Notes: generated from the letters alone by a model not told the origin. 64,000 nucleotides of DNA from Pelagimonas sp. (GCA_049116335.1 JAGDYZ010000020.1:21794-85793); one strand, 5' to 3'; counted from the stretch's first letter, positions 20,694 to 31,537 are shown. Numbers and translations: made by a program.

Positions 20694-21368
20694 ATGGAAA
20701 GGGGCCCTTCCACTTCGAAGGATCGACCCCCGGTGACACTGACAACCGATCTGCTGCTACATGCGTATGAGATCGGCATTTTTCCGATGGCCGAAGCGCA
20801 GGATGATCCCGAGATTTTCTGGGTGGATCCCAAACACCGCGGCATTCTTCCCATCACAAAGTTCCACATCTCACGCTCACTCGCGCGGCAACTCCGCCGG
20901 AATGAATATCAGGTGACGTTAAACCGGGAATTTGCGGGCGTGATTGACGCCTGCGCAGACAGGGATGAGACTTGGATCAATGCAGAAATTCGCCGCCTTT
21001 ATCTTGAGCTCCATGCGAAAGGTCGCGCCCATTCACTCGAAGTCTGGATGAATGGCGCGCTTGCCGGAGGCGTGTATGGCGTGACCGTTGGGGCCGCGTT
21101 TTGTGGGGAATCCATGTTTTCGCGTCAAACCGGTGGCTCGAAAATCGCTCTGGCCTGGATCTGTGATCTCTTGGCACGCACAGGGTTCACGTTGTTTGAC
21201 ACACAGTTTCTAACCCCCCATCTGGCGAGCCTCGGGGCGGTTGAAATTCCTCGGGATGACTATCATCAGCGGCTAGAAGAGGCGCTTGAGTTGCCCGCAG
21301 ACATCCTCTCAGCGCCCTTGGCCCACTGTGGTCAGGATGTGGTACAGCGCAACACCCAGACGTCGTAA
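20694..21368 (+). CDS. aat: leucyl/phenylalanyl-tRNA--protein transferase
   Basis: LLHAYEIGIFPM, HSLEVW and GGVYGV..G..F.GESMFS motifs. accBC-aat synteny. Confidence 0.9.
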   Translation: MERGPSTSKDRPPVTLTTDLLLHAYEIGIFPMAEAQDDPEIFWVDPKHRGILPITKFHISRSLARQLRRNEYQVTLNREFAGVIDACADRDETWINAEIRRLYLELHAKGRAHSLEVWMNGALAGGVYGVTVGAAFCGESMFSRQTGGSKIALAWICDLLARTGFTLFDTQFLTPHLASLGAVEIPRDDYHQRLEEALELPADILSAPLAHCGQDVVQRNTQTS

Positions 21369-21688
21369 CGCGGGTGATTCATCGGGTTCAACGCCGGTGA
21401 GCTTGCCACCATCCAACCGCTGAAAACCGGTTGCGGCACGCCAGCTTCCCGCACAGTGACAAAAGCAAAAGCTTCCCCCGTGGGATTGTCATTTGGAAAA
21501 CGGCACGCGGCGAGGTTGATTTCCATGCCATCTTCCAGCGCGCTTGTACCATTGACGATAGTGACATCACTGACCTTGGCGTTGAGTTTATCCAACACTC
21601 GCAATACGGCGCCATTGCCAGGCGACACGGCCTCTTGCGCCATCACAGGGGCCGCTATCATAGCCAGAACACACATCAGGCGTTTCAT
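21332..21688 (-). CDS. DUF2155 domain-containing periplasmic protein
   Basis: Signal peptide [29 protein letters not shown]...CRFP motifs. ATGA overlap with the mlaD-like stop. The 3' end overlaps the aat 3' end by 37 nt. Confidence 0.75.
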   Translation of the reverse strand: MKRLMCVLAMIAAPVMAQEAVSPGNGAVLRVLDKLNAKVSDVTIVNGTSALEDGMEINLAACRFPNDNPTGEAFAFVTVREAGVPQPVFSGWMVASSPALNPMNHPRYDVWVLRCTTS

Positions 21689-22137
21689 TCGTCGCTCCCG
21701 CCACCACTCACAAATTTCAGCAACAGCGTCATCAGGCTGACAGATCCCTGAGTATCAAGGATCTCGTCCCCTTCTACAAAATTGAACGGCGATCCACCGG
21801 GGGAAATTTCAACAAAATTGCCACCCAACAGCCCCTCAGAGGCGATGACAATCGCACTGTCGTCTGGGACCTGCACAGAGTCATTGATGGTGACGACGGT
21901 ATCGGCGCGGAAGGTTTCGGGGTTCAATGCGATCTGCGTCACAGTCCCCACCTTGACCCCTGCGAGACGCACATCTGAGCCAACGCTGACACCCTCGATC
22001 GACCGGAACGACGCGCGCAACGGATATCCGTCACCGCCAAAGCTCATGCCGGTGCTTTGCAGGGCATATAGACCAAATGCCAAAGCGGCGGCCAATACGC
22101 CGCCGCCAACAACCACCTCTGTTGCCGAATGGCTCAT
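21685..22137 (-). CDS. mlaD: MlaD/MCE family outer-membrane lipid asymmetry protein
   Basis: N-terminal TM followed by an MCE domain ([21 protein letters not shown]). The ATG at 22137 forms an ATGA overlap with the NDUFA12-like stop. Confidence 0.85.
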   Translation of the reverse strand: MSHSATEVVVGGGVLAAALAFGLYALQSTGMSFGGDGYPLRASFRSIEGVSVGSDVRLAGVKVGTVTQIALNPETFRADTVVTINDSVQVPDDSAIVIASEGLLGGNFVEISPGGSPFNFVEGDEILDTQGSVSLMTLLLKFVSGGGSDE

Positions 22138-22517
22138 TCTGGGCTCCACGCCTCATAGTCACGACGGTCCGCAGGCGCGGCCTGACGCAATGACCCGGCG
22201 GGTGCATAGGCCAGTGTGGTGCCTGTCAGGTTTTCCTGATGCGGCTTTTCCCAGACCTTATGGGCCAGTGGCTTGTCACCTGGGCGGGCATCAAAAGTAT
22301 GATGCAGCCAGCCGTGCCAATCCGGGCTAATCCGCGAGGCCTCGACTTCGCCGTTGAACATCACCCAACGTCGTTTTCCATCGCGGCTTTCATAATAGAC
22401 GTTGCCCTGTTCATCCTCACCCACCTTCACACCTTTGCGACGGGTGTAAATTGCGGTGTTGATGGTGCTGCCATTCCACCAGGTCACAGCGCTCAGAATG
22501 GTTTTAAGAATGCCCAT
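22134..22517 (-). CDS. NADH:ubiquinone oxidoreductase subunit NDUFA12 family protein
   Basis: WWNGSTINT...[11 protein letters not shown]...RRWV..NG...[18 protein letters not shown] at 22517 follows AGGAG. Confidence 0.9.
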   Translation of the reverse strand: MGILKTILSAVTWWNGSTINTAIYTRRKGVKVGEDEQGNVYYESRDGKRRWVMFNGEVEASRISPDWHGWLHHTFDARPGDKPLAHKVWEKPHQENLTGTTLAYAPAGSLRQAAPADRRDYEAWSPE

Positions 22518-22633
22518 GGACGACTCCTGTCTCACTTAAAAGCGTTATGGCGAAAACCCGTGGCAAGGTCTAGTGCCCGCTCGGTCGCATTACCGTGCTT
22601 GAGCGGGCGATTCGACGGGAATTCGCCGAAACT

Positions 22634-22999
22634 TCAGCCCTCTGATGGGGCCAGAGCTGTGACTTCAATCTCGATTCGGAACTTAGGATCGATCAGGTTG
22701 CATTCGATCATCGTTGCCGCAGGAGGATTCTCTCCAAATGTCTCTGCCAGAAGTTCAAAACAGGGTTCAAATTCATGCCGGTCCGGCAGGAAATAGTTCA
22801 CCCGAACCACATCAGCAAAGCTGGCACCCGCCTCTGCAAGCGCTTTTTCGATAACACCCAGTGCAGATTGGCATTGCTCAAGCACGGTCTCGCCCTGCCC
22901 CACCGTGCCAGCAACATGGACAAAGCCACCCGCGACCACCGCCCGGCAATAGCCAACCTTTTTCTCAAATTCGCCACCTGACGAAATGCGTTTGATCAT
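22634..22999 (-). CDS. RidA/YjgF family protein
   Basis: 121 aa with the C-terminal IEIEVTA motif. ATG at 22999 follows GGGAGAAAGAG. The longer ORF-track start at 23098 would overlap the clpX 3' end. Confidence 0.85.
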   Translation of the reverse strand: MIKRISSGGEFEKKVGYCRAVVAGGFVHVAGTVGQGETVLEQCQSALGVIEKALAEAGASFADVVRVNYFLPDRHEFEPCFELLAETFGENPPAATMIECNLIDPKFRIEIEVTALAPSEG

Positions 23000-23060
23000 C
23001 TCTTTCTCCCAAGAAAAAGGCGGGGGAAACCCCGCCTGATCTAATCTATCTCTGGCCTGC

Positions 23061-24326
23061 TTAGCTGGCAGACGCTTCTTCTTTTTTGTTTTCGCCATGC
23101 ACCATCAACGGTTTGGTCTCGGCATTGACCGCCTCATCGTTGACGACAACTTCGGTGACATCTTCCATGCCCGGCAATTCGAACATTGTGTCCAGCAAGA
23201 TGCTTTCGAGGATGGACCGCAGACCACGCGCGCCGGTTTTACGCTCAATTGCCTTTTTGGCGATGGCCGACAGCGCCTCATCGGTGAAGGTCAGCTGTGT
23301 GTCTTCCATCTCAAACAGGCGTTGGTACTGTTTGACCAGAGCGTTCTTCGGCTGGGTCAGAATGGTGATCAATGCATCGGCATCAAGATCTTCCAGAGTT
23401 GCGACGACCGGCAGACGGCCAACAAATTCGGGAATCAGGCCGAATTTCAGCAGATCTTCAGGCTCAAGCTCCTGGAAGATTTCGCCAACACCACGATCAT
23501 CGTTGTCACGCACATCCGCACCAAAGCCCATCGCCGAGCCTTTGCCGCGCTGAGCAATGATCCGATCTAAGCCTGCAAAGGCGCCGCCACAGATGAACAG
23601 GATATTGGTGGTATCAACCTGAAGGAATTCCTGCTGCGGGTGCTTACGGCCCCCCTGCGGCGGAACGCTCGCAACGGTGCCTTCCATCAGCTTCAGCAGC
23701 GCCTGCTGAACACCCTCACCCGAGACGTCACGTGTGATCGATGGGTTCTCGGATTTGCGGGTGATCTTGTCGACTTCATCGATGTACACGATGCCGCGCT
23801 GCGCACGTTCGACATTGTATTCGCTCGCCTGAAGCAACTTGAGAATGATGTTCTCAACGTCTTCGCCCACATACCCGGCTTCGGTCAGAGTGGTGGCATC
23901 GGCCATGGTGAACGGCACATCAAGAATGCGCGCAAGCGTCTGAGCCAAAAGCGTTTTACCACACCCGGTAGGACCGATCAGCATGATGTTCGACTTGGCA
24001 AGTTCGATATCAGCGCTTTTCTGGGCGTGGTTCAGGCGTTTGTAATGGTTGTGAACAGCGACGGACAACACACGTTTGGCTTTGGCCTGACCGATGACAT
24101 AATCGTCCAGAACTTCACAAATCTCACGTGGTGTCGGAACCCCTTCGGAGGACTTCAGGCCAGCGCCTTTGGTCTCTTCACGAATGATGTCCATACATAG
24201 TTCAACGCACTCATCACAGATGAACACGGTCGGGCCAGCAATCAACTTGCGAACTTCGTGTTGGCTCTTGCCACAGAAGCTACAGTAGAGCGTGTTTTTG
24301 CTGTCACCGCCAGAATTCGTCGCCAT
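23061..24326 (-). CDS. clpX: ATP-dependent Clp protease ATP-binding subunit ClpX
   Basis: N-terminal zinc finger CSFCGK...CDEC, Walker A GPTGCGKT; 421 aa. Confidence 0.98.
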   Translation of the reverse strand: MATNSGGDSKNTLYCSFCGKSQHEVRKLIAGPTVFICDECVELCMDIIREETKGAGLKSSEGVPTPREICEVLDDYVIGQAKAKRVLSVAVHNHYKRLNHAQKSADIELAKSNIMLIGPTGCGKTLLAQTLARILDVPFTMADATTLTEAGYVGEDVENIILKLLQASEYNVERAQRGIVYIDEVDKITRKSENPSITRDVSGEGVQQALLKLMEGTVASVPPQGGRKHPQQEFLQVDTTNILFICGGAFAGLDRIIAQRGKGSAMGFGADVRDNDDRGVGEIFQELEPEDLLKFGLIPEFVGRLPVVATLEDLDADALITILTQPKNALVKQYQRLFEMEDTQLTFTDEALSAIAKKAIERKTGARGLRSILESILLDTMFELPGMEDVTEVVVNDEAVNAETKPLMVHGENKKEEASAS

Positions 24327-24440
24327 ATTGTACCTTTCCCGGTCCAGCCGGTCTTGATCTTGTCCGGGGTAAGTCCTTCACCCCATCCGCGCCGATCGCC
24401 AAGTTTGACTAGCTTAGGCCAGCCCCAAGGCGCCGACAAT

Positions 24441-24478
24441 CGGAAAATTGGCCCCACATGCGACCTGCATGTGGGGCC
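24441..24478 (-). terminator. intrinsic terminator/attenuator between clpP and clpX
   Basis: Perfect 12-bp stem GGCCCCACATGC (24450-24461) / GCATGTGGGGCC (24467-24478), followed on the minus strand by AATTTTCC. Confidence 0.75.
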
Positions 24479-24484
24479 GTGTCA

Positions 24485-25114
24485 TCACTTGTCGTCGTCA
24501 CCGGTGGCGCGGCTGGTCACGATCTCATCGATCAAACCCCAGTCCTTCGCCTCTTCCGGAGACATGAAGTTATCGCGCTCAAGGCCCTGCTCGACCTCTT
24601 CATAAGTGCGGCCGGTGTGGTGCACATAGATCTCGTTCAAACGACGCTTCAGTTTTAGCGTTTCCTCTGCGTGGATCATGATATCCGTTGCCTGGCCCTG
24701 ATAGCCACCCGAGGGCTGGTGTACCATGACGCGGCTATTGGGCAGCGAGAAACGCATGCCTTTTTCACCGGCGGTCAGCAGCAGCGAACCCATCGAGGCC
24801 GCCTGACCAATCACCAGGGTCGAGACCTTGGGTTTGATGTACTGCATGGTGTCATAGATCGACAGGCCCGAGGTCACAACACCACCGGGAGAGTTGATGT
24901 ACATGCTGATTTCTTTCGACGGGTTTTCCGCCTCAAGATGCAACAGCTGCGCCACGACCAGCGACGACATGCCGTCATGCACCGGGCCGTTGAGGAAAAT
25001 AATGCGTTCCTTCAGCAGGCGCGAAAAGATGTCATACGCCCGTTCACCGCGGCTTGTTTGCTCAACAACCATGGGAACGAGGGTGTTCATGTAGACGTCA
25101 AAGGGATCTTTCAT
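24485..25114 (-). CDS. clpP: ATP-dependent Clp protease proteolytic subunit
   Basis: [14 protein letters not shown] (active-site Ser) and MVHQP motifs. The start is ATG at 25114 (MKDPF..) or 25138. Confidence 0.97.
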   Translation of the reverse strand: MKDPFDVYMNTLVPMVVEQTSRGERAYDIFSRLLKERIIFLNGPVHDGMSSLVVAQLLHLEAENPSKEISMYINSPGGVVTSGLSIYDTMQYIKPKVSTLVIGQAASMGSLLLTAGEKGMRFSLPNSRVMVHQPSGGYQGQATDIMIHAEETLKLKRRLNEIYVHHTGRTYEEVEQGLERDNFMSPEEAKDWGLIDEIVTSRATGDDDK

Positions 25115-25250
25115 CGGAACCTGCCTGCTTTCTATCAAGACACTGCCTAAACGGTAGAGATTGATAGAGTCTTATTATCGGCCAAGACCCCCCGCAAGAG
25201 GGGGACAATCAACTTATGACATTCGGATGAGTTGTATTTGAATTATTCTC

Positions 25251-25276
25251 AAAAATTAACGGCCCCGCAGGGCCGT
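25251..25276 (-). terminator. intrinsic terminator at the end of the sox cluster (after soxF)
   Basis: ACGGCCC (25259-25265) / GGGCCGT (25270-25276), followed on the minus strand by TAATTTTT. Confidence 0.75.
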
Positions 25277-25296
25277 CAATCAGGGATAGGTCCGAC

Positions 25297-26556
25297 TTAA
25301 CCAAACATGTCGCTGGTTATACCGTCATACCAGCCAACGCTTTCTTCAAATGTGCGTTTTCGAAGCTCAGCATCTTCACCCGTCTGGCTGATAAACCCAT
25401 CTGTTTTGGCGATTTTTTCATCTGTCGCCTGATAGGAGGCACCCACTTTGATGCCGTCATTGGCATCAATCAGCGACCAACAGGTGTTCGAAAACTTCGC
25501 CGGGAAGACGCGACTGCCGGTCAAGGCACCGCGCACGGCCATCGCCGCAACTTTGGCCTGAGAATTTGCCGAAAAACCTGATTTTGGCATATCCCCCTGC
25601 TGCGACGCATCCCCCAAGATGTGAATATTGTCATCCAGACGGCTTTGCATCGTGTGGCCGTTCACTGGCGCCCAATTGCCCTCGGTCAGAGCCGCCGCCG
25701 CGCAGATCAAGCCTGCTTTTTGTGCTGGAATCACATTCACCACATCGGCTTTGACCACCTCGCCATCAATATTCACCGTCATATCCGCCGGATTGACCGA
25801 AACCGTGTCGCCGCCGAAATCCGGCCCCAAACGTTCAATCATACCGCCGTAGTGTTTGTCCCACCCCTCTTCGAACAGCGCCTGTTTCGAGAACTTAGGC
25901 TTGGGATCGGCGATCAGGATTTTGGCGGTGGGGTTATTGGCCTTAAGATAATGGGCCACCATGGAAATCCGCTCGTAGGGTCCCGGAGGGCAGCGATAGG
26001 GGTTGGGCGGCGCGACCATCACATAGGTGCCGCCCTGTGGCATTGATTCGATCTGGCGTTTCAGCAACTCAGACTGGGTGCCCGCTTTATAGGCATGCGG
26101 CATGGCCCCCTGCGCGGCCAGATCCCAGCCCGGCACCGCCCCGTCGACAAAATCAATGCCCGGTGAAATCACCAGACGGTCATAGGGTACCGCGCCCCCT
26201 CCGGCCAAGGCCACGGTCTTGGCGTCGCGATCAATCCCCGTGGCCCAATCATGGACAACGTTGATGCCATAGTCCGCCGCCAGCGTGCCATAGGTGTGGC
26301 CAATGCTGTCTAACGTGCGAAAGCCACCCAGATAGAGATTGGAGAAGAAACAGGTGTAGTAGGTGCGCGTGGGTTCGATCAACGTAACATCAATCGCGCC
26401 CTTACTGTCTTTGGCGATGTACCGCGCGGCCGTAGCGCCCCCGGCCCCGCCGCCGATCACAACCACTCGAGGTTTGCCTTCGGCCCTCAGCATGGGCGCC
26501 GTCAAACTGGCCGCCGCTGCGGATGTCGCGATAAACGCGCGTCTATTCAAGGTCAT
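25297..26556 (-). CDS. soxF: sulfide dehydrogenase flavoprotein (flavocytochrome c FCSD-type) SoxF
   Basis: Tat signal MTLNRRAFIATSAAAA, FAD fold VVVIGGGAGGATAA. ATG at 26556 follows AGGAGGAG. Located downstream of soxE. Confidence 0.9.
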   Translation of the reverse strand: MTLNRRAFIATSAAAASLTAPMLRAEGKPRVVVIGGGAGGATAARYIAKDSKGAIDVTLIEPTRTYYTCFFSNLYLGGFRTLDSIGHTYGTLAADYGINVVHDWATGIDRDAKTVALAGGGAVPYDRLVISPGIDFVDGAVPGWDLAAQGAMPHAYKAGTQSELLKRQIESMPQGGTYVMVAPPNPYRCPPGPYERISMVAHYLKANNPTAKILIADPKPKFSKQALFEEGWDKHYGGMIERLGPDFGGDTVSVNPADMTVNIDGEVVKADVVNVIPAQKAGLICAAAALTEGNWAPVNGHTMQSRLDDNIHILGDASQQGDMPKSGFSANSQAKVAAMAVRGALTGSRVFPAKFSNTCWSLIDANDGIKVGASYQATDEKIAKTDGFISQTGEDAELRKRTFEESVGWYDGITSDMFG

Positions 26557-26592
26557 ACGTTTCTCCTCCTCGTTGAACTCACGGTCTCCCAT

Positions 26593-26629
26593 AAAAAAAC
26601 CGCACCGCCGGTGTCCCGGTCGATGCGGT
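26593..26629 (-). terminator. terminator-like hairpin with a T7 run between soxE and soxF
   Basis: On the minus strand: ACCGCA..(CCGG GACA CCGG)..TGCGGT followed by TTTTTTT (26593-26599). Confidence 0.55.
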
Positions 26630-26692
26630 CGTGCCTTCGGGAGAGAAGGCCTCTGAGATTTGGGGGAACTTCGATTGCACGCCCCTCACCTC

Positions 26693-27406
26693 CTAGTCTT
26701 TCAGCTCGGCAAAATAGGCGGCCAGAGCTGCTATTTCATCATCGGCCAATCGTCCGGCCATCATCTGCATCACCGGATGTGGGCGAAGCTTGCGTTTGTA
26801 GGCATGCATCGCAATCACAAAATCCTCTGGATGCCACCGGGTGATAGATGGGATCCCGGCATCTGCCCCGTCGCTTCTGTGGCACGTCAGACATTCTGAA
26901 GCGAGATATTCTCCATAGGCCAGATCCCCGACTATCGCGAGGATTTCGGGTGATAGCTCCACCTCACGCGCCAACGCTGTGGGTGCCGATTCAGGGATAT
27001 CTTGCGGGTTCTCGGTGAACTGCCGCAGATAGGCCAACACGTCATCGCGGTCGGCCTTTTTCTTCAGCCCGCGAAAGGACATGCGGGTGCCAGAGACCAA
27101 GGCACGCGGGTTTTCTAGATAGGCATCAAGGTGCTCAAGATCCCAGACCATGCCATCGGCAAAGGCCCGCTCCAGCCCCTTGGAATAGTCAAAGCCCTCA
27201 ACAGATCCGGCCCGACGGCCAAAAATCCCGTTGAGCTGAGGCCCAGCGCGATCTTGCGCCTCTGGTCCCACCTGATGACAGCCGGTGCATTTGCGAAACA
27301 CTTTGGCGCCCCGCTCTGCATCACCGATCGCCAGAGCCTCCTGCTCGGCCAGCGCGGCCCCAAGGGGGGCCAACGCACAGATCATCACACACACAAACCG
27401 TTTCAT
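26693..27406 (-). CDS. soxE: dihaem c-type cytochrome SoxE
   Basis: Signal peptide plus two CxxCH motifs (CTGCH, CLTCH). Lies between soxD and soxF. Confidence 0.85.
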   Translation of the reverse strand: MKRFVCVMICALAPLGAALAEQEALAIGDAERGAKVFRKCTGCHQVGPEAQDRAGPQLNGIFGRRAGSVEGFDYSKGLERAFADGMVWDLEHLDAYLENPRALVSGTRMSFRGLKKKADRDDVLAYLRQFTENPQDIPESAPTALAREVELSPEILAIVGDLAYGEYLASECLTCHRSDGADAGIPSITRWHPEDFVIAMHAYKRKLRPHPVMQMMAGRLADDEIAALAAYFAELKD

Positions 27407-27410
27407 CGGC

Positions 27411-28463
27411 TTACTGGCTGTAGCGTTTGAGGTACTCGATCACCGCCGCGATCTCGGCATCTTTCCTCAATCCAGCAAACGACATTTTGGTGCCTTTCAT
27501 GGCCTTGCGCGGTTTGGCTAGGAATTCGGCCAATGTGGCATCATCCCAGACACCGCCGTGCCCGCCCATAACCTTGGAATAGCGAAAGCCATCCTGAACC
27601 CCGACACCCGCGTTGTAGATCGCATTCAGCATAGGGCCAGATTTATGTTTGGCGCCCTCTCCGATCTGGTGACAGGACTTGCACTTTTTGAAGACCTTTT
27701 CACCTTTGGAGGCCAGAGCCTCATCAAAGGCAGGCACTTCGGGTTCAGGTTCTGGTGCAGCTTCGGGCTCAACCACTGCGGCTACTTTCACCACCTCAGC
27801 CTGAGCGGCGGGCGCTGCAGGGGCTTCGGCGGCTTCTTCATCCGGGGTCACATCCAGAACCGTGGCGCGCAAGGTAATCTCGACGCTGTCCTTGCAGTTC
27901 TCCATACAGGGCTCCGCCCGCCAGATCGCGTATTCGGTGGCCGCACGATCGTCGATGACAAAACCGCCCGCGTTGGGCATCTTGACATCGAGGAAGGTTT
28001 CGTTCGACAGCTCGAACTCTTCGTCGATCAGATCATTGGAATAGAGGATATAGGCGACAATCGCATAGACCTCATCGTTGCTCAGCGATTGCGCATTGCC
28101 GAAGGGCATCGATCGGTTGACGTAATCCCATGTGGTCGAGAGATAAGGCCAATAGCTGCCCACGGTTTTCAGTGGATCCTCATCGGCAAGCGTGTCATCG
28201 CCACCGGCCAGTTTCGGCCAGTTATCAACACCTTCGGCAAAATCACCATGACAGCTTGCGCAGGCATCGGCAAAGATCTCTTCCCCGTCCAGCGCATTGC
28301 CCGAACCCACCGGAAGACCGGTGCCATCCGGCTGTACATCGAGATCCCAGGCGACGATTTCTTCGGCCAGAGCCGGACGGCCCAGGCCCATTTTTTCCGC
28401 CATCGCCGGCGCAGCCGTCATCAGCAGCGTTGCTGCCACTGTCAGATTAAGAAACTTCGACAT
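27411..28463 (-). CDS. soxD: dihaem cytochrome c subunit of sulfane dehydrogenase, SoxD
   Basis: CASCH and CKSCH haem motifs, signal peptide, Ala/Pro/Glu linker. The start is ATG at 28463 (MSKFLNL..) or 28490; both overlap the soxC 3' end. Confidence 0.88.
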   Translation of the reverse strand: MSKFLNLTVAATLLMTAAPAMAEKMGLGRPALAEEIVAWDLDVQPDGTGLPVGSGNALDGEEIFADACASCHGDFAEGVDNWPKLAGGDDTLADEDPLKTVGSYWPYLSTTWDYVNRSMPFGNAQSLSNDEVYAIVAYILYSNDLIDEEFELSNETFLDVKMPNAGGFVIDDRAATEYAIWRAEPCMENCKDSVEITLRATVLDVTPDEEAAEAPAAPAAQAEVVKVAAVVEPEAAPEPEPEVPAFDEALASKGEKVFKKCKSCHQIGEGAKHKSGPMLNAIYNAGVGVQDGFRYSKVMGGHGGVWDDATLAEFLAKPRKAMKGTKMSFAGLRKDAEIAAVIEYLKRYSQ

Positions 28464-29727
28464 TCTCGGCCTCCCCGCTGGCTTTGACATGCCAGGTCTG
28501 AATGCAGTTGTTGTGATAGATCGAGTTCAACCCACGCACCTCGCGCAGTTGAGCCTTAGAGGGCTGAACATAGCCGGTTTCGTCCATCGCGCGCGATTGC
28601 AACAGCATCTCTTCGCCGTTCCACTCGGAGTCGAGATAGAATCGGGTCAGAGCCTTGTCTTCGCCTTCTTTGGCCAGACGGGCGGTTTCCCAGGTCTTGC
28701 CACCGTCTTTTGACACATCCACACGCGTGATGCGCCCATGCCCGGTCCAGGCCAGACCCGTGATCACCAGCGGGCCGTGCCCATGTTTGATGGGTGATTG
28801 CGGGCTAGGAGAGGTGACAACCGATTTGGCGTCCATAACCCAGGTCCACTTGCGGCTGGTGCCATCTTCAAGCGTATCGGTGTATTTCGAGGTCTCTTCG
28901 CGGCTTTCAACCGGGCCATCCATGACCTCGATCCGGCGCAGCCATTTGACCCACATATTGCCTTCCCAACCGGGAACAACCAGACGTACGGGATAGCCAT
29001 GTTCCTTGCGCAGCGCTTCGCCATTGGCCTTGAAGGCCACCAGCACATCATCCAGCGCCTTCTCCATGGGGATCGACCGACCATTCGACGAGGCATCCGC
29101 CCCCTCGACATAGACCCATTTGTCTTTCAGATCACCCGCCGCAGCCAGACCTGCCTCTTCCAGAAGCGTGCGCAGCGAGACACCGGTGTATTCCATATTG
29201 TGGATCATACCGTGCGTGAACTGTGCGCCGTTCAGCTGGGCACCCGCCCATTCCATGCCGGTGTTGGCCGCACATTCGCAGAAATAGACATGCTGCTGAC
29301 GTGGGAAGCGCTCAAGATCAGCGTAGGAGAACACCAGCGGTGTATCAACCAAGCCGTTGATCATCAGACGGTAATCTTCCTTGCGCAGTTCAATCGCACC
29401 CGAATGGTGGCGTTCAAAGGCGCAGCCCTGTGGCGTGATGGTGCCGTCCAGCGCATGAATGGGGGTAAAGTTGATCGACGAAATGGTATCCGCGGTCAGC
29501 CATTCAACATTACGGCGCACCACGTCGTCTTCGTATTTGATCGGCAGCCCATAGGGGGAGGCATCGACGCCATCGCCTAGGCCGCTGGCCCAATCCTGAA
29601 CCTCGGTGATCAATGGGTCGGGACCAGCCGCCTTGGCCATTCCTGCGGCCACAGTGCCCGCGCCCATCGCGGCGGCGCCGGTCAAGAACTGACGGCGCGA
29701 GGCGCCTTGCTTCTTGTCATCTGCCAT
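28447..29727 (-). CDS. soxC: sulfane dehydrogenase molybdopterin subunit SoxC
   Basis: Tat signal SRRQFLTGAAAMGAG. Sulfite-oxidase-family Moco/dimerisation domains; 426 aa. Confidence 0.93.
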   Translation of the reverse strand: MADDKKQGASRRQFLTGAAAMGAGTVAAGMAKAAGPDPLITEVQDWASGLGDGVDASPYGLPIKYEDDVVRRNVEWLTADTISSINFTPIHALDGTITPQGCAFERHHSGAIELRKEDYRLMINGLVDTPLVFSYADLERFPRQQHVYFCECAANTGMEWAGAQLNGAQFTHGMIHNMEYTGVSLRTLLEEAGLAAAGDLKDKWVYVEGADASSNGRSIPMEKALDDVLVAFKANGEALRKEHGYPVRLVVPGWEGNMWVKWLRRIEVMDGPVESREETSKYTDTLEDGTSRKWTWVMDAKSVVTSPSPQSPIKHGHGPLVITGLAWTGHGRITRVDVSKDGGKTWETARLAKEGEDKALTRFYLDSEWNGEEMLLQSRAMDETGYVQPSKAQLREVRGLNSIYHNNCIQTWHVKASGEAENVEVS

Positions 29728-29809
29728 CTTGTGCCTCCTTTCGGATCATCTCATTCATCTATGTGAATGGATTGCGTAAAAAATATATGCGGGTGAAGCG
29801 TGGGGGCGC

Positions 29810-31510
29810 TTATGCGCCCACCACCTGTACTGAGTTGTTTGGATCGACCGTCACGGTGCCCTGTTTGCGAATGTGGCTTTCCACCACGTCCCAAATCTGT
29901 GGTCCTTCGGTGCCCTCATTCACACTGGCCCAGCCAGCAACGACATAGTTTTTCGCCGGATCAATGGCTTCACCGGTTTTCAGCAACGTCATATCCGTGA
30001 CCCGTTCGCCCTGCGGCTTGTTGATGTCGATGCGATAGCCGAGGCCACCCACACGCACCATATCGCCACCCTGCTGGTAATAGGGATCCGGGTTAAAGAT
30101 GTTGTCGGCCACGTCCTCAAGGATCACCTTGATAAACTCACCAGTCATTTCCGAACGATAGGCCTCGCCATAGGACATCGAGGTCACATTCCAGATGTCT
30201 TCGCGGGTGATGGCATCGCCGGGCAGCAGCGACGGTCCCCAGCGCACACCGGGCGACATGGCGATATCGGCTTCGCGCTCGGAAATCAGCGCATCACAGA
30301 TCAGATCATCCCACGAGCCGTTGAAGTTGCCACGACGGTACAGAGTGCTATCGGTGTGGCCGATGACTTCGGTCAGCTGGTCCAGATACGGGGCGCGCTG
30401 TTCATTGATCAGAGCGGTCATATCCGCATCTGGCGTGATCACATCCGAGAAGATCGGGATCAGCTTGTGACGGTAGCCCATCATGCGGCCATCACGAATG
30501 TCGAGATCCACGCGGCTGACAAATTTGCCGTTTGACCCAGACGCCACGATGATGGTGTCTTCGACCACAACCGGCTCGGGCAGCGCATCATGGGTGTGCC
30601 CTGACAGGATCACATCGATGCCTTTCACACGGCCCGCCATCTTCTTATCGACGTCAAATCCATTGTGGCTCAGGACCACAACACATTCAGCGCCTTTTGA
30701 GCGGACTTCGTCGACCATGGCCTGCATGTTCTCATCGCGAATACCAAAGGAGTATTCCGGGAACATCCAGCGCGGATTGGCGATCGGCATATAGGGGAAG
30801 GCCTGACCAATCACGGCCACTTTCACGCCACCACGTTCAAAGAACTTATAAGGCGGGAACAGATCCAGCGCAGGTTCATCCCATTCTGCATCAAAGATGT
30901 TTTGTCCCAGAGCGGCGAACGGCAGACCCTCGACAATCTCCTGCACCCGGTCCGAACCCAGCGTGAATTCCCAGTGGAAGGTCATCGCATCCGGCTTGAG
31001 GCCGTTCATGACGTTGACCATGTCCTGACCTTCAGTGTGGTGACAGGTGTAAGAGCCGTGCCAGGTGTCCCCGCCGTCTAGCAGGATCGCATCCGGGCGA
31101 TCGGCACGGATCGAGTTCACTACGGTGGCAACACGGTCCAGACCACCCACTTTGCCATAGCCCCGCGCCAGCGCTTCAAAATCACCCGAGCTGAGCGCGT
31201 AATGCGAGGGCGACCCGTCGTTCACGCCATACAGCTTGCGGAAATCCGCACCGGTGACATGCGGCACCGCGCCTTTGTTGCCACCCACGCCGATGTTGAC
31301 CGACGGCTCACGGAAATAGATCGGCATCAGCTGCGCATGGATATCCGTGATATGAATCAGCGAGACATTGCCAAAGGTATCAAACTGCAACAGCTGGTCC
31401 TGGGTCAGGCTCTGCTGCGCGGCCAAGCGGGCCCAGTTGCCAAAGCCCGACGACCCATAAAGCGCCGTTGCGGCCATGGACACCTGAAGAAAATCGCGTC
31501 TTGAGATCAT
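29810..31510 (-). CDS. soxB: thiosulfohydrolase SoxB
   Basis: Tat signal MISRRDFLQ. Metallophosphoesterase motifs (HITDIHAQ, GGDTWHG, LSHNG, SGHTHD). 5'-nucleotidase-like C-terminus. The ORF-track GTG start at 31540 adds 10 aa. Confidence 0.95.
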   Translation of the reverse strand: MISRRDFLQVSMAATALYGSSGFGNWARLAAQQSLTQDQLLQFDTFGNVSLIHITDIHAQLMPIYFREPSVNIGVGGNKGAVPHVTGADFRKLYGVNDGSPSHYALSSGDFEALARGYGKVGGLDRVATVVNSIRADRPDAILLDGGDTWHGSYTCHHTEGQDMVNVMNGLKPDAMTFHWEFTLGSDRVQEIVEGLPFAALGQNIFDAEWDEPALDLFPPYKFFERGGVKVAVIGQAFPYMPIANPRWMFPEYSFGIRDENMQAMVDEVRSKGAECVVVLSHNGFDVDKKMAGRVKGIDVILSGHTHDALPEPVVVEDTIIVASGSNGKFVSRVDLDIRDGRMMGYRHKLIPIFSDVITPDADMTALINEQRAPYLDQLTEVIGHTDSTLYRRGNFNGSWDDLICDALISEREADIAMSPGVRWGPSLLPGDAITREDIWNVTSMSYGEAYRSEMTGEFIKVILEDVADNIFNPDPYYQQGGDMVRVGGLGYRIDINKPQGERVTDMTLLKTGEAIDPAKNYVVAGWASVNEGTEGPQIWDVVESHIRKQGTVTVDPNNSVQVVGA

Positions 31511-31537
31511 AGGAGGATCTTTCTTTCTCTCTCGCGA

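Noticed and set aside
25139-25250. Search for a sigma-32-type heat-shock promoter upstream of clpP, and the CCCCC-N6-GGGGG hairpin at about 25189-25204.
   Set aside because: I could not find a convincing CTTG-N17-CYTATNT match by eye. The hairpin lacks a T-run and has no clear function.
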